DNA of 40,172 nt. Source: Betaproteobacteria bacterium. Its GTDB lineage: Bacteria; Pseudomonadota; Gammaproteobacteria; Burkholderiales; JACQAP01. Within the stretch, counting starts at the first letter, position 1, and each line of letters begins with the position of its first letter. This document shows, piece after piece, positions 27,220-38,052 of the stretch. Both the position numbers and the translations under genes were made by a program. The notes under the pieces are model-generated. The model was not told the origin of the DNA, ran no database searches, and saw only the letters and a program-made list of their open reading frames with translations. The stretch is from assembly GCA_031403365.1 (NCBI GenBank), contig JANNTE010000130.1, forward strand, positions 1 through 40,172. The letters are read 5' to 3'.

Positions 27220-28998
27220 ATGCCCGCCATACAGTTGCTGCCCGACCTCCTGATCAGCCAGATCGCCGCAGGCGAGGTGGTAGACCGGCCAGCGTCGGCG
27301 CTCAAGGAGCTTCTGGAAAACAGTCTCGATGCCGGTGCTACCGATATTTCGACGCAGCTCACGGATGGGGGAATCCGGCAAATTCGCGTATCCGACAATG
27401 GCGCAGGCATCGGCAAGAACGACTTGCAGCTTGCGCTGGCCCGCCATGCCACCAGCAAGATCTCTTCGCTCGAAGATCTGGAAGCCGTCGCCAGCCTGGG
27501 TTTCCGGGGTGAAGCCCTGGCCAGCATCGCAGCGGTATCGCATTTCAGCATCGCCAGCCGCGCCGCCGGCAGCGCGCAGGCATGGAAAATAGAGACCAGT
27601 GGCGGAGCGATATCGTCCCCGGAGCCAGCGGCCATCGTTGACGGCTCGGTGGTTGAAGCATCCGACCTTTACTTCAACACACCGGCACGCCGCAAGTTTC
27701 TGCGCAGCCCGCAAACCGAGTTCGCGCACTGCGAAGAAACCTTCAAACGACTCGCGCTCTCGCGCCCGGATGTGCAGTTCGTGCTGACACACAACGGGCG
27801 CGCGCACTGGCATTTGCCGGCGGCCGCAGCACACCAACGCATTCGTGCTTTGCTCGGCGAAGAATTTTTCGCATCTTCCCTGCCCGTCAATGAGGCCAGC
27901 GCGGGTTTGCGCCTGTACGGGCTGGCAGCGCAACCGGCCTATTCGCGCAGTTCCCGGGACGCGCAATACTTTTACGTAAACGGCCGCTTCGTTCGCGACA
28001 AGATGCTCACGCATGCAGTCCGCGAGGCCTATCATGACGTGCTGCATCACGATCGCCATGCTGCCTATGTGCTGTTCCTGGAACTCGATCCTGCGATGGT
28101 GGACGCCAATGTACATCCGACCAAGATCGAGGTTCGATTTCGCGATGGGCGCGGCTTGCACCAGTTCGTCTTTCACTGCCTGCAGAAAGCATTGTCGGCA
28201 ACCCGCGCCGGTCGCATGCCTGACGGCGAAGTCGCGGCTCCGACACCCATGGCGTTTCGTACCGATGGCGGTCAATTCCGGCAGTCGGGCATGGCATTCG
28301 CAGCCCGGGAAAATTCAGCTTTTTATGCCACTTTGTTTGGCAATGCGCAAACTCCGGTACCTGCCTCAGTCGGTGGCGCAGCGACGCTCATGCCAGCCAC
28401 ACCATCCACAGATGAACACCCGCTCGGATTCGCTCTGGCGCAATTGTCCGGCGTCTACATACTCGCCCAGAACCGGCACGGACTCGTGGTTGTCGACATG
28501 CATGCCGCGCACGAGCGCATTGTCTACGAGAAACTGAAACTGGCCCTGGACGGCAACGGCATCGCGACCCAGCCTTTGCTGATTGCGGCCACGCTGAGCG
28601 CGAGCGCGCTGGAAGTCGCCACCGCGGAAGACAATTCCGACGCGCTTTCGCGGCTGGGTTTTGAGCTGGCCGCAATCGCCCCAAATGCGCTTGCCGTGCG
28701 ATCGGTGCCGATGACCCTGGCGCAGGCCGATCCCGCGCAACTGGCGCGCGATGTGCTGCGCGAGATCGCCGAGTTCGGCGGCAGCCGTGCTCTGGCCGAG
28801 CGGCAAAACGAAATGTTGTCCACCATGGCCTGTCATGCGGCGGTGCGCGCCAATCGCGCCCTGAGCGTTACAGAGATGAATGCGCTGTTGCGGGAAATGG
28901 AAACCACCGAGCGCTCCGGTCAATGCAATCACGGCCGCCCAACCTGGTTTCAGGTCACTATCGGCGAACTGGACAAGATGTTCATGAGAGGGCAATGA
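27220..28998 (+). CDS. mutL: DNA mismatch repair protein MutL
   Basis: LISQIAAGEVVDRPASALKELLENSLDAGAT, DNGAGI, GFRGEALASI, and C-terminal CNHGRPTW. Confidence 0.95.
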   Translation: MPAIQLLPDLLISQIAAGEVVDRPASALKELLENSLDAGATDISTQLTDGGIRQIRVSDNGAGIGKNDLQLALARHATSKISSLEDLEAVASLGFRGEALASIAAVSHFSIASRAAGSAQAWKIETSGGAISSPEPAAIVDGSVVEASDLYFNTPARRKFLRSPQTEFAHCEETFKRLALSRPDVQFVLTHNGRAHWHLPAAAAHQRIRALLGEEFFASSLPVNEASAGLRLYGLAAQPAYSRSSRDAQYFYVNGRFVRDKMLTHAVREAYHDVLHHDRHAAYVLFLELDPAMVDANVHPTKIEVRFRDGRGLHQFVFHCLQKALSATRAGRMPDGEVAAPTPMAFRTDGGQFRQSGMAFAARENSAFYATLFGNAQTPVPASVGGAATLMPATPSTDEHPLGFALAQLSGVYILAQNRHGLVVVDMHAAHERIVYEKLKLALDGNGIATQPLLIAATLSASALEVATAEDNSDALSRLGFELAAIAPNALAVRSVPMTLAQADPAQLARDVLREIAEFGGSRALAERQNEMLSTMACHAAVRANRALSVTEMNALLREMETTERSGQCNHGRPTWFQVTIGELDKMFMRGQ

Positions 28999-29092
28999 CA
29001 ACGTCGAGGGGCGAGGGGCGAGGGGCGAGCTCACTCTTGCATTCCGGGTAATCTGGTTTGCCTCACCCCTCGTCTGTCGTCCCTCGCCACTC
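28999..29092. repeat. G-rich REP-like inverted-repeat element, copy A (between mutL and miaA)
   Basis: Left arm GTCGAGGGGCGAGGGGCGAGGGGCGAG (29003-29029) with three CGAGGGG units. Imperfect complementary right arm CCTCACCCCTCGTCTGTCGTCCCTCGCCACTC (29061-29092). It shares about 21 nt plus TCACTCTTGC with copy B, in the opposite orientation. Confidence 0.7.
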
Positions 29093-30029
29093 AACAGCAT
29101 TGCCCCCGGCAATTTTGCTGATGGGCCCCACCGCCAGCGGCAAGACCGGCGTGGCGCTGGAACTGGCGCGGCGTTTTCCCGTAGAGATTGTCAGTGTGGA
29201 TTCGGCGCTGGTATACCGGGACATGAACATCGGAACCGCCAAGCCCGATCCGGGCACCTTGCGCGAGCTGCCACATCATCTGATCGATCTGATCGACCCG
29301 ACAAAAAGTTACTCCGCCGCGCGATTCTGCGAAGATGCAGTGGAGATCATGCGCGATATCGTTGCCCGCGGCCGGGTGCCGCTCCTGACTGGCGGCACAA
29401 TGCTCTACTTCAAGGCATTGCGAGAAGGCCTGTCAGCGCTGCCCGCCGCCGACGAAAGCACCCGCCGCGTGCTCGATGCCATGGCACAAGACATCGGCTG
29501 GCCGGCCATGCATCGGGAACTCGAACGCATCGATCCGGTGACGGCGCGGCGCCTCGATCCGAACGATGCGCAACGCATCCAGCGCGCTATGGAAATCCAC
29601 TATCTCTCCGGCCGGCCGATGTCGGAATTGATTGCCAGTGGCAAGACAGTTGATTTGCCTTGCCGGCTGATCGCGGCTGCGGTGGTGCCCGGTGAACGCA
29701 GCGTCCTGCATGAGCGCATCGCAGCGCGTTTTGAACTCATGCTCGAACTGGGCTTGATTAACGAAGTTCGCGCCTTGCGCGAAAATTACGATCTCAAGCC
29801 CGAACTGCCGTCCATGCGCTGCGTGGGCTACCGGCAAACCTGGCAGTATCTTGATGGCGAATTTGCTTTGGCTGACTTGCGCGAAAAAGCCGTTGCCGCG
29901 ACACGCCAACTGGCCAAACGGCAACTGACCTGGCTGCGCGCCACTCCGGACGTCAAGGCATTCGACTGCTTCGCCGAAGACTTGCAGACGCAAATCGAAA
30001 CCTGGCTCACGGAGCAGCTCGCAAGCTGA
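29058..30029 (+). CDS. miaA: tRNA dimethylallyltransferase MiaA
   Basis: LLMGPTASGKTG P-loop, EIVSVDSALVYRDMNIGTAKP, VPLLTGGTMLYFKAL. Start is either TTG 29058 (inside the repeat arm) or TTG 29100. Confidence 0.9.
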   Translation: MPHPSSVVPRHSTALPPAILLMGPTASGKTGVALELARRFPVEIVSVDSALVYRDMNIGTAKPDPGTLRELPHHLIDLIDPTKSYSAARFCEDAVEIMRDIVARGRVPLLTGGTMLYFKALREGLSALPAADESTRRVLDAMAQDIGWPAMHRELERIDPVTARRLDPNDAQRIQRAMEIHYLSGRPMSELIASGKTVDLPCRLIAAAVVPGERSVLHERIAARFELMLELGLINEVRALRENYDLKPELPSMRCVGYRQTWQYLDGEFALADLREKAVAATRQLAKRQLTWLRATPDVKAFDCFAEDLQTQIETWLTEQLAS

Positions 30030-30068
30030 AAGCGGAAGCGCCGGCAAGCGCTCCCGGAAAATGCAGCT

Positions 30069-30551
30069 TTAGTTGCTCAGCGCCTCCGCACCGGCTTTGG
30101 CAATGACACCGTCTTCGGTGGATTTCACACCGCTTACACCGATGGCGCCGACCATTTGGCCGCCGACCATGATTGGAAGGCCGCCTTCCAGGGGCAAGGC
30201 TCCGTGCAAAGCGATCAAGGCATTACGTCCTCCCGCGATCGCATCTTCAAACACTTTGGTCGGACGCCGGAAGGCCTGCGAAGTACGCGCTTTCTGTATC
30301 GCCACCTCGATACTGCCGGTCTGGGTGCCGTCGATACGCTGCAAATAGACCAAATGGCCGCCGTCATCGACGATGGCGATGACGACCGTCCAGTTATTCT
30401 TCCTGGCTTCCGCCTCCGCGGCGGCAGCGACTTTTTTCGCGGCTTCGAGCGTCAGGACTTTCTTGTCCGCGAGCTGTGCGAACGCCGGTGCGCACAACAG
30501 GCCGAAAATCACGACCATGCACAGGGATACAAATTTCTTGGCTGAAATCAT
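30069..30551 (-). CDS. GlcG/HbpS-like (DUF336) heme-binding family protein, exported
   Basis: Signal peptide MISAKKFVSLCMVVIFGLLCAPAFA. IAIVDDGGHLV ... AIQKARTS ... GGLPI..GGQMVGAIGVSG. GGAGA SD upstream of ATG 30551. Confidence 0.8.
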   Translation of the reverse strand: MISAKKFVSLCMVVIFGLLCAPAFAQLADKKVLTLEAAKKVAAAAEAEARKNNWTVVIAIVDDGGHLVYLQRIDGTQTGSIEVAIQKARTSQAFRRPTKVFEDAIAGGRNALIALHGALPLEGGLPIMVGGQMVGAIGVSGVKSTEDGVIAKAGAEALSN

Positions 30552-30652
30552 AAGGTCTCCTAGGGAGTAGTTGATGTTTGGCCCGGAAGCTGTCCCGGGT
30601 CCGCGTGCGGCATGCACAGGACAAGATATCGCACTGCGTCGCTGCTGCCAAA

Positions 30653-31996
30653 TCAGGTTTCAGGAAGCTCGACGCTTTCGACACGCGTTTGCGCCGCACC
30701 ATGGGCGAAAGTCAGTCGCAACCGGTCTCCGGCCGCGATGTTCGCGGCCGAGCGCACGATCTGACTGTCGTTGCGCTCGACGATGGCATAACCTCGCTCG
30801 AGCACCGCACGCGGATTGAGATGGGCGAGACTGGCCCTCAACTGCATGAATTGCGCTTCCTTTTCCTGAAGCAAGCGGGCCTGGCTGTACTGCAGGCGCA
30901 GACATAATTGCCGCTGCTCGGCAAGGCGCGCCTCAATGTTTGGCAGCGCGGCAAGCAGCCGTTGCGACAGTCCGGACCAGTTCCAGGCCGCCGTGGTGAG
31001 CACTTGCGCTTGTGCCGACCCCAGCCGGCGCGCCAGGTGCGCCAGATTGCGCAACTCGCTCTCCACCCGCTCGGCCGGATGCAGAAGGCGCTTGCCGAGG
31101 TAATCGACCTGCTGCATGAGACCGCTGAGCGCACGATCGATGCCGCGCGCCAGGCGCGCCGCCAACACCCCCAGACGGGCCAGCAATTCGGCGCGATTCG
31201 GACTTACCATTTCGGCCGCGGCGCTCGGCGTGGGCGCACGTGCGTCGGCGACGAAGTCGGCGATCGTAAAGTCGGTTTCGTGACCTACGCCCGAGACGAC
31301 GGGAATGGCGCAGGCGACAATCGCGCGCGCGACAACTTCCTCGTTAAAGACCCACAAGTCTTCCATGCTGCCGCCGCCTCGGCACACGATCAGCACATCA
31401 ACCTCGGCACGCTGCGAAGCCGTGCGGATCGCCTGCGCAATTTTCTCTCCCGCGCCGTCGCCCTGCACCGGAGCCGGATAAAGCACCACACGAATGCCGG
31501 GCATGCGCCGCGCCAGCGTGGTGAGCACATCGCGCAACGCGGCGGCCTTTGGCGATGTAACCACGCCAACCGAGCGGGGAAACTCGGGAACCGGTTTGCG
31601 GCGCGAAACGTCGAACAGGCCTTCCTGTTCCAGCTTACGTTTGAGCCGCTCGAATGCCTCGAACAACGCGCCCAGGCCGGAGCGGCGCATGTTCTCCACG
31701 GTCAGCTGAAACTCGCCACGCGCCTCGTACAAGGTCGGCAGCGCCCGCACTTCGACCTGCATGCCGTTCTCCGGCTTCCAGTCGATCAGCGCCGCTTTGT
31801 GCCGGAAATAAACGCAGCGCACCTGCGCGGTGGCGTCCTTGAGGGAGAAATAACAATGTCCGGAAGCCGCCCGCACAAAATTGGAAACCTCTCCCGCAAC
31901 CCAAAGCAGCGGTAAACCGGCCTCGATCAATTCCCGTCCGCGCCGATTAAGATCGGCGACGGAGATGATTACGGGTATTGAATCGTCTACAGACAT
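30653..31996 (-). CDS. xseA: exodeoxyribonuclease VII large subunit
   Basis: SVADLNRRGRELIEAGLPLLWVAGEVSNF ... GHCYFSLKD (OB fold), VGVVTSPKAAALRDV, RGGGSMEDLW, GVGHETDFTIADFVAD. Confidence 0.92.
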   Translation of the reverse strand: MSVDDSIPVIISVADLNRRGRELIEAGLPLLWVAGEVSNFVRAASGHCYFSLKDATAQVRCVYFRHKAALIDWKPENGMQVEVRALPTLYEARGEFQLTVENMRRSGLGALFEAFERLKRKLEQEGLFDVSRRKPVPEFPRSVGVVTSPKAAALRDVLTTLARRMPGIRVVLYPAPVQGDGAGEKIAQAIRTASQRAEVDVLIVCRGGGSMEDLWVFNEEVVARAIVACAIPVVSGVGHETDFTIADFVADARAPTPSAAAEMVSPNRAELLARLGVLAARLARGIDRALSGLMQQVDYLGKRLLHPAERVESELRNLAHLARRLGSAQAQVLTTAAWNWSGLSQRLLAALPNIEARLAEQRQLCLRLQYSQARLLQEKEAQFMQLRASLAHLNPRAVLERGYAIVERNDSQIVRSAANIAAGDRLRLTFAHGAAQTRVESVELPET

Positions 31997-32090
31997 GCGC
32001 GGCATTCTAGTGCACTGCACTGCACCTGGTGGCTCTCATAAATCGAATCCAATGCGGGGCTGTTTGAGAAAAGTCTTTATTTCTCTCTTG

Positions 32091-32110
32091 ACAAACGAAT
32101 ATTCATTTGT
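32091..32110. promoter_or_regulatory. 20-bp near-perfect palindrome overlapping a TTGACA hexamer; candidate Fur-type operator upstream of exbB
   Basis: ACAAACGAATATTCATTTGT matches its own reverse complement at 18 of 20 positions. TTGACA at 32088-32093. AT-rich core GAATATTCATT resembles Fur-box half-sites. exbBD operons are commonly iron-regulated. Confidence 0.3.
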
Positions 32111-32443
32111 GTGCTTCGTCCACAGTTGCAGCAAAATTTGCAACTGATTTGCCTCCGGCTTCGATCCCTACTGGGAGAATATCTTCAACTCATTGTTTTA
32201 AATAACTTAAAATGGTCGCGCATTTTTTAATCGCGCAACCAAAAAGGCTTTGAAAAGGCCTACTTACCGCGCCTATGCAGATTCTGTGCACACACTTATC
32301 CACAAAGATTGGGGACAGATTTTTCGAGTAAGTTGAATCAACGCATCGCTTGTCAAGGCCGATTTCCTACTTTTTCGCTGACTTGCCGCGCCTATCGATG
32401 CGGTTTACAGTGGCGCAGTTTTCAGACACGGGGAAATTCAAGC

Positions 32444-33055
32444 TTGATACATATCATTGAAGCGGCGGGCTGGCCGATCTGGCCGTTGATTCTGTGTTCG
32501 ATCATCTCCCTTGGCATCATCGGCGAGCGCTTCTACAGCTTGCGCACAGATTTCGTGGTACCTCGCGATTTGCTGCCGAAAGTCGTGCAGGAGTATCGCC
32601 AGAAAGGGGTATCGGGCGAAATGTTGACCGGGCTCGCAAGCACCGCCGTACTGGGCCGGATTTTTTCGGCTGCTTTGAGGGAAGCGGGCAGTTCGCGCGA
32701 AATCATGAAAGAGTCGATCGAGGAAGCCGGCCGCGCCGCCGCGCATGAACTCGCGCGTTTCCTGACCACGCTCGGCACAATTGCGACGATGGCTCCCTTG
32801 CTCGGCCTGCTTGGCACCATCATCGGCATGATCGAAATCTTCGGCTCACAGGGTCCCACCGGGATGGCCAACCCCGGACAGCTTGCGCACGGCATTTCGA
32901 TTGCTCTGTACAACGCGGCTTTCGGTATCATCGTTGCGGTACCCAGCCTGGTGTTCTACCGGCACTTCCGCGCCCGCGTGGACTCGCTGGTGGTGGAAAT
33001 GGAAGTCCAGGCTGTCAAACTGGTCGAAATCATTCATGGCCAGCGCAAGGCCTGA
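32444..33055 (+). CDS. exbB: MotA/TolQ/ExbB proton-channel family protein (ExbB)
   Basis: A TTG 32444 start gives MIHIIEAAGWPIWPLILCSIISLGIIGERF. LGTIATMAPLLGLLGTIIGMI. GGGGAA lies about 8 nt upstream. The track start at 32309 adds an AT-rich, Cys/Arg-rich, non-coding-like extension. Confidence 0.85.
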   Translation: MIHIIEAAGWPIWPLILCSIISLGIIGERFYSLRTDFVVPRDLLPKVVQEYRQKGVSGEMLTGLASTAVLGRIFSAALREAGSSREIMKESIEEAGRAAAHELARFLTTLGTIATMAPLLGLLGTIIGMIEIFGSQGPTGMANPGQLAHGISIALYNAAFGIIVAVPSLVFYRHFRARVDSLVVEMEVQAVKLVEIIHGQRKA

Positions 33056-33084
33056 GCGGCGGCTCGTCACATGATTTTCCCGGC

Positions 33085-33504
33085 ATGAATTTCCAGCGCG
33101 GCTCATTCAGGGAGGAACCGGAAATCAACCTGGTTCCTTTTATCGACGTGCTGATTGTCATCGTCATTTTTCTGGCTGTGACGACGACTTACTCCCGTTA
33201 TTCGGAAATGCAGATCAACCTGCCCACGGCGGAGGCGAGCAAACCGGCGGAGCGTCCGAGCCAGATCAATGTCGGCGTGTCCGCATCGGGTCAGTACATG
33301 GTCAACCGCGCCGTCATCGCTTTTTCCACGCCGGAAGCCCTGGCGGCCGAATTGACGCGCGCTGCGGGCGGCAACACCGAACCGGTCATCATCATCAATG
33401 CTGACGCCAAGGCCACGCATCAGTCCGTCATCAATGTCATGGAAGCGGCTCGCGTCGCCGGCTTTGGCAAGATTACTTTCCAGACCCAGCAGCAGGCCCG
33501 CTGA
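33085..33504 (+). CDS. exbD: ExbD/TolR biopolymer transport protein
   Basis: EPEINLVPFIDVLIVIVIFL TM segment and a periplasmic domain (IIINADAKATHQSVINVMEAARVAG). Confidence 0.88.
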   Translation: MNFQRGSFREEPEINLVPFIDVLIVIVIFLAVTTTYSRYSEMQINLPTAEASKPAERPSQINVGVSASGQYMVNRAVIAFSTPEALAAELTRAAGGNTEPVIIINADAKATHQSVINVMEAARVAGFGKITFQTQQQAR

Positions 33505-33568
33505 CGAACCGTTCCGGCCAGATCAGACGCAACACATCAAGAGCCGATGAGCGGCGGTCGACCAATCC

Positions 33569-34591
33569 ATGACCGCCTCTAGAACAAAACAGGAATTGTC
33601 GTTTCAGGATCGCCACTGGTACCGGCTTTCCTGGCTTTCCCTGGCACTGCTGCCGGTCGCGACACTATTCAAGTGCATCGTTGCCTTGCGTCGTGCACTG
33701 TATCGAGCGCGATGGCTTGCCTCCCATCAAGTGCCGATACCCGTCATCGTGGTTGGCAACATTACCGCGGGAGGTACCGGAAAAACACCACTGGTGCTGT
33801 GGCTCTGTGAGTTCCTGAGGGGGCAGGGATACCAACCGGGCATCGTCAGCCGCGGTTACGGCGGTATCGGCAATACCATGGCGGTGCACGCCGGTTCTGC
33901 ACCCGAGGTAGCGGGCGATGAACCGGTGCTGCTTGCGCAACGCAGCCGCTGCCCGGTCTGGATTGGGCGCAACCGCGTCGACGCCGCCCGCGCTTTGATC
34001 GCAGCGAATCCGCATTGCAACGTCATCGTCAGCGACGACGGTTTGCAGCACTACCGCTTGCATCGCAATATTGAAATCGCGGTACTGGACGGCCGCCGCA
34101 ACACCGGCAATGGCTTGCTGCTGCCGGCCGGGCCGCTTCGGGAACCCACCGCGCGCCTTGCAGAGGTCGATGCAGTCGTCGTGAGCGGCAACTTCCTGCC
34201 GAACCGCACCGCCGCAAACGCGTTCGAAATGCATCTCGAGGGCAACGTATTCTGCAACTTGCTCAATCCGGCTTTCCAGCAAGGGGCAGTCGCTTTTCGG
34301 GGCAAGCGGGTACATGCCGTCGCCGGCATCGGCAATCCGGCGCGCTTTTTCGAGCATCTGCAGGCACTGGGCCTGAATTTCTCCGGCCACGCCTTTCCAG
34401 ACCATCACCCTTACTCACCGGCCGATCTCGATATCATCGATGCCGATGCGATCATCATGACCGAGAAGGATGCGATAAAATGCCTTCGCTTTGCGCGCGA
34501 AAGCTACTGGGTGCTGCCGGTGATTGCGCGTGTCGACAGCGCGCTCGGCCATCTCATCCTCGATAAACTGAACATCCGGCATGGATCCTAA
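33569..34591 (+). CDS. lpxK: tetraacyldisaccharide 4'-kinase
   Basis: [23 protein letters not shown]-loop, [22 protein letters not shown]. Confidence 0.92.
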   Translation: MTASRTKQELSFQDRHWYRLSWLSLALLPVATLFKCIVALRRALYRARWLASHQVPIPVIVVGNITAGGTGKTPLVLWLCEFLRGQGYQPGIVSRGYGGIGNTMAVHAGSAPEVAGDEPVLLAQRSRCPVWIGRNRVDAARALIAANPHCNVIVSDDGLQHYRLHRNIEIAVLDGRRNTGNGLLLPAGPLREPTARLAEVDAVVVSGNFLPNRTAANAFEMHLEGNVFCNLLNPAFQQGAVAFRGKRVHAVAGIGNPARFFEHLQALGLNFSGHAFPDHHPYSPADLDIIDADAIIMTEKDAIKCLRFARESYWVLPVIARVDSALGHLILDKLNIRHGS

Positions 34592-34760
34592 ATTACTCGA
34601 CGTTCTGGTCTGCCCGCTATGCAAAGGGCCGCTGCAGTACCGCAAGGCTGAAAAAGAATTGATTTGCAAGCCCTGCCGGCTGGCCTACCCGATACGCGAC
34701 GACATTCCGGTAATGCTGGAAGATGAGGCGCGCAAACTTCCTGCTGACGAGGAGGTTTGA
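34581..34760 (+). CDS. ycaR: Trm112/YcaR (UPF0434) family small zinc-ribbon-like protein; not in the supplied ORF track
   Basis: Hand translation gives [59 protein letters not shown] (59 aa). It overlaps the lpxK end by 11 nt. The lpxK-ycaR-kdsB order is classic. Confidence 0.88.
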   Translation: MDPKLLDVLVCPLCKGPLQYRKAEKELICKPCRLAYPIRDDIPVMLEDEARKLPADEEV

Positions 34761-34787
34761 GAAGTGAGCAAGAGTGACGGGTGACGA

Positions 34788-36339
<1,552 letters not shown>

Positions 36340-36372
36340 CAGACTTGATTACTGGGAACCCGGGGTTTTGCC

Positions 36373-37635
36373 ATGACGAAAAAGATGAATGCCTTCTACG
36401 CCCAATCCGGTGGCGTCACCGCTGTCATTAACGCCTCGGCCGCCGGCATCATCGAGACCGCGCGCAAACACAAGAACAGGATTGGCAAGGTCTATGCCGG
36501 ACGCAACGGCATCATCGGCGCGCTGGCCGAGGATCTGATCGATACCAGCAAGGAGTCGGCGGCAGCAATTGCCGCGCTCAAGCACACACCGGCCGGCGCC
36601 TTCGGTTCCTGTCGCTACAAGCTCAAAGGTATTGAGGAAAGCCGCGCGCAGTACGAACGCCTGATCGAAGTCTTCAAGGCGCACAACATCGGATACTTTT
36701 TCTATAACGGTGGCGGCGATTCGGCCGATACCTGCCTGAAGGTTTCCCAGATTTCCGAGACTTTGGGCTACCCGATCCAGGCCATCCATGTGCCCAAGAC
36801 CGTGGACAACGACTTGCCGATTACGGATTGCTGCCCGGGCTTTGGCTCCGTGGCGAAATACGTCGCCGTGTCAACGCGCGAAGCGAGTTTCGATGTGGCC
36901 AGCATGGCCAAAACATCCACCAAAGTATTCGTCCTCGAAGTCATGGGCCGGCATGCCGGCTGGATCGCCGCGGCAGGTGGCCTCGCGGCCGACAAAGAGG
37001 GCGATCTGCCGATCCTGATTCTGTTTCCGGAAGTGGTCTTCGATCAGGCGAAATTTCTTGCCCGCGTGGATACGATGGTAAAAAAGCACGGTTACTGTTC
37101 GGTGGTGGTCTCCGAGGGTGTCAAGGGTCCCGACGGCAAATTCCTCTCCGACCAGGGCCTGCGAGATGCTTTCGGGCATGCCCAGCTGGGCGGCGTCGCT
37201 CCGGTGGTGGCCAACATTGTCAGGGAGGGACTGAACCTTAAATTTCATTGGAGCGTCGCCGACTATCTGCAACGTTCCGCCCGCCACATCGCCTCGAAGA
37301 CCGATGTCGCCCAGGCTTATGCGGTCGGCAAGAGCGCCGTGGAGCTTGCGCTCAAGGGCCGCAATGCGGTCATGCCCACCATCGTTCGCAAATCGTCCAA
37401 GCCGTACAAGTGGGCCATCGGCGTTGCAGAACTCAAGGATGTCGCCAACCGGGAAAAATTCATGCCCCGCGACTTTATTTCCGCCGATGGCTTTTCCATC
37501 ACTGAAAAATGCCGGCAATACCTGGCTCCGTTGATTCAGGGCGAGGACTATCCGCCGTATCGCAACGGGCTGCCGCGCTACGTAACGTTGAAAAACACCG
37601 CGGTTGCCAGAAAGTTGCCCGGATTCAAAATCTAG
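36373..37635 (+). CDS. pfp: pyrophosphate-dependent 6-phosphofructokinase (diphosphate--fructose-6-phosphate 1-phosphotransferase)
   Basis: PFK fold: FYAQSGGVTAVINAS, YNGGGDS, VPKTVDNDL, MGRHAGW. Lys in PKTVDND (ATP-PFKs have PGTIDND) is the PPi-type signature. Confidence 0.85.
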   Translation: MTKKMNAFYAQSGGVTAVINASAAGIIETARKHKNRIGKVYAGRNGIIGALAEDLIDTSKESAAAIAALKHTPAGAFGSCRYKLKGIEESRAQYERLIEVFKAHNIGYFFYNGGGDSADTCLKVSQISETLGYPIQAIHVPKTVDNDLPITDCCPGFGSVAKYVAVSTREASFDVASMAKTSTKVFVLEVMGRHAGWIAAAGGLAADKEGDLPILILFPEVVFDQAKFLARVDTMVKKHGYCSVVVSEGVKGPDGKFLSDQGLRDAFGHAQLGGVAPVVANIVREGLNLKFHWSVADYLQRSARHIASKTDVAQAYAVGKSAVELALKGRNAVMPTIVRKSSKPYKWAIGVAELKDVANREKFMPRDFISADGFSITEKCRQYLAPLIQGEDYPPYRNGLPRYVTLKNTAVARKLPGFKI

Positions 37636-37692
37636 CACGACAACAGGCAGCACTCATCGGCAATGCCTCGTCGCCGCATTTTGGAGATCGCA

Positions 37693-38052
37693 ATGCAGAA
37701 ATTTCCTGTGGCGCTATTGTGGTTCCTGGCAAGCCTGACAATGGTGACCGGCGCCGGAGCTGCGCAGTGGAGCAGCCTGAAAGGGTCTTATGCCGTCACG
37801 CCGAAAAACTACCTGGACCCGTCCGACGAAGAGCCCAAGGACACTCACTTCAGAATCCAGTTGACCGGTCAGTCGGCGAAGAGTCTGTTTCAGTCGATGA
37901 AGGTCACCGAGACTCCGGATCAGTGCACCGGAGCGCTGCGCAGGAGAGTCGGCGAAATGACCTGTCTGTTCTACAAGCAGGACAAACGCTATGAATGTCA
38001 TTTCTCGATCGATGTCATGAATCAGAGCATCGAGTACGGCGTCGCCTGTTGA
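37693..38052 (+). CDS. hypothetical small secreted Cys-containing protein
   Basis: GGAGA SD upstream of ATG 37693. Signal peptide MQKFPVALLWFLASLTMVTGAGAA. Four Cys residues in the mature part. Confidence 0.55.
   Translation: MQKFPVALLWFLASLTMVTGAGAAQWSSLKGSYAVTPKNYLDPSDEEPKDTHFRIQLTGQSAKSLFQSMKVTETPDQCTGALRRRVGEMTCLFYKQDKRYECHFSIDVMNQSIEYGVAC

Noticed and set aside
27187-28275. 362-aa minus-strand ORF
   Set aside because: It is antisense to mutL, whose translation carries all the MutL/GHKL motifs. The antisense product is Arg/Ala/Gly-rich with no family features.
30908-31915. 335-aa plus-strand ORF
   Set aside because: It is antisense to xseA, which has clear OB-fold and catalytic-domain motifs. 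This is a shadow ORF.
32309-32443. 45-codon N-terminal extension of exbB from a TTG at 32309
   Set aside because: The extension is AT-rich with a Cys/Arg-rich, non-protein-like translation. ExbB homology and the first TM helix start at MIHIIEAAGWPIWP (TTG 32444), which has a purine-rich SD-like element upstream.
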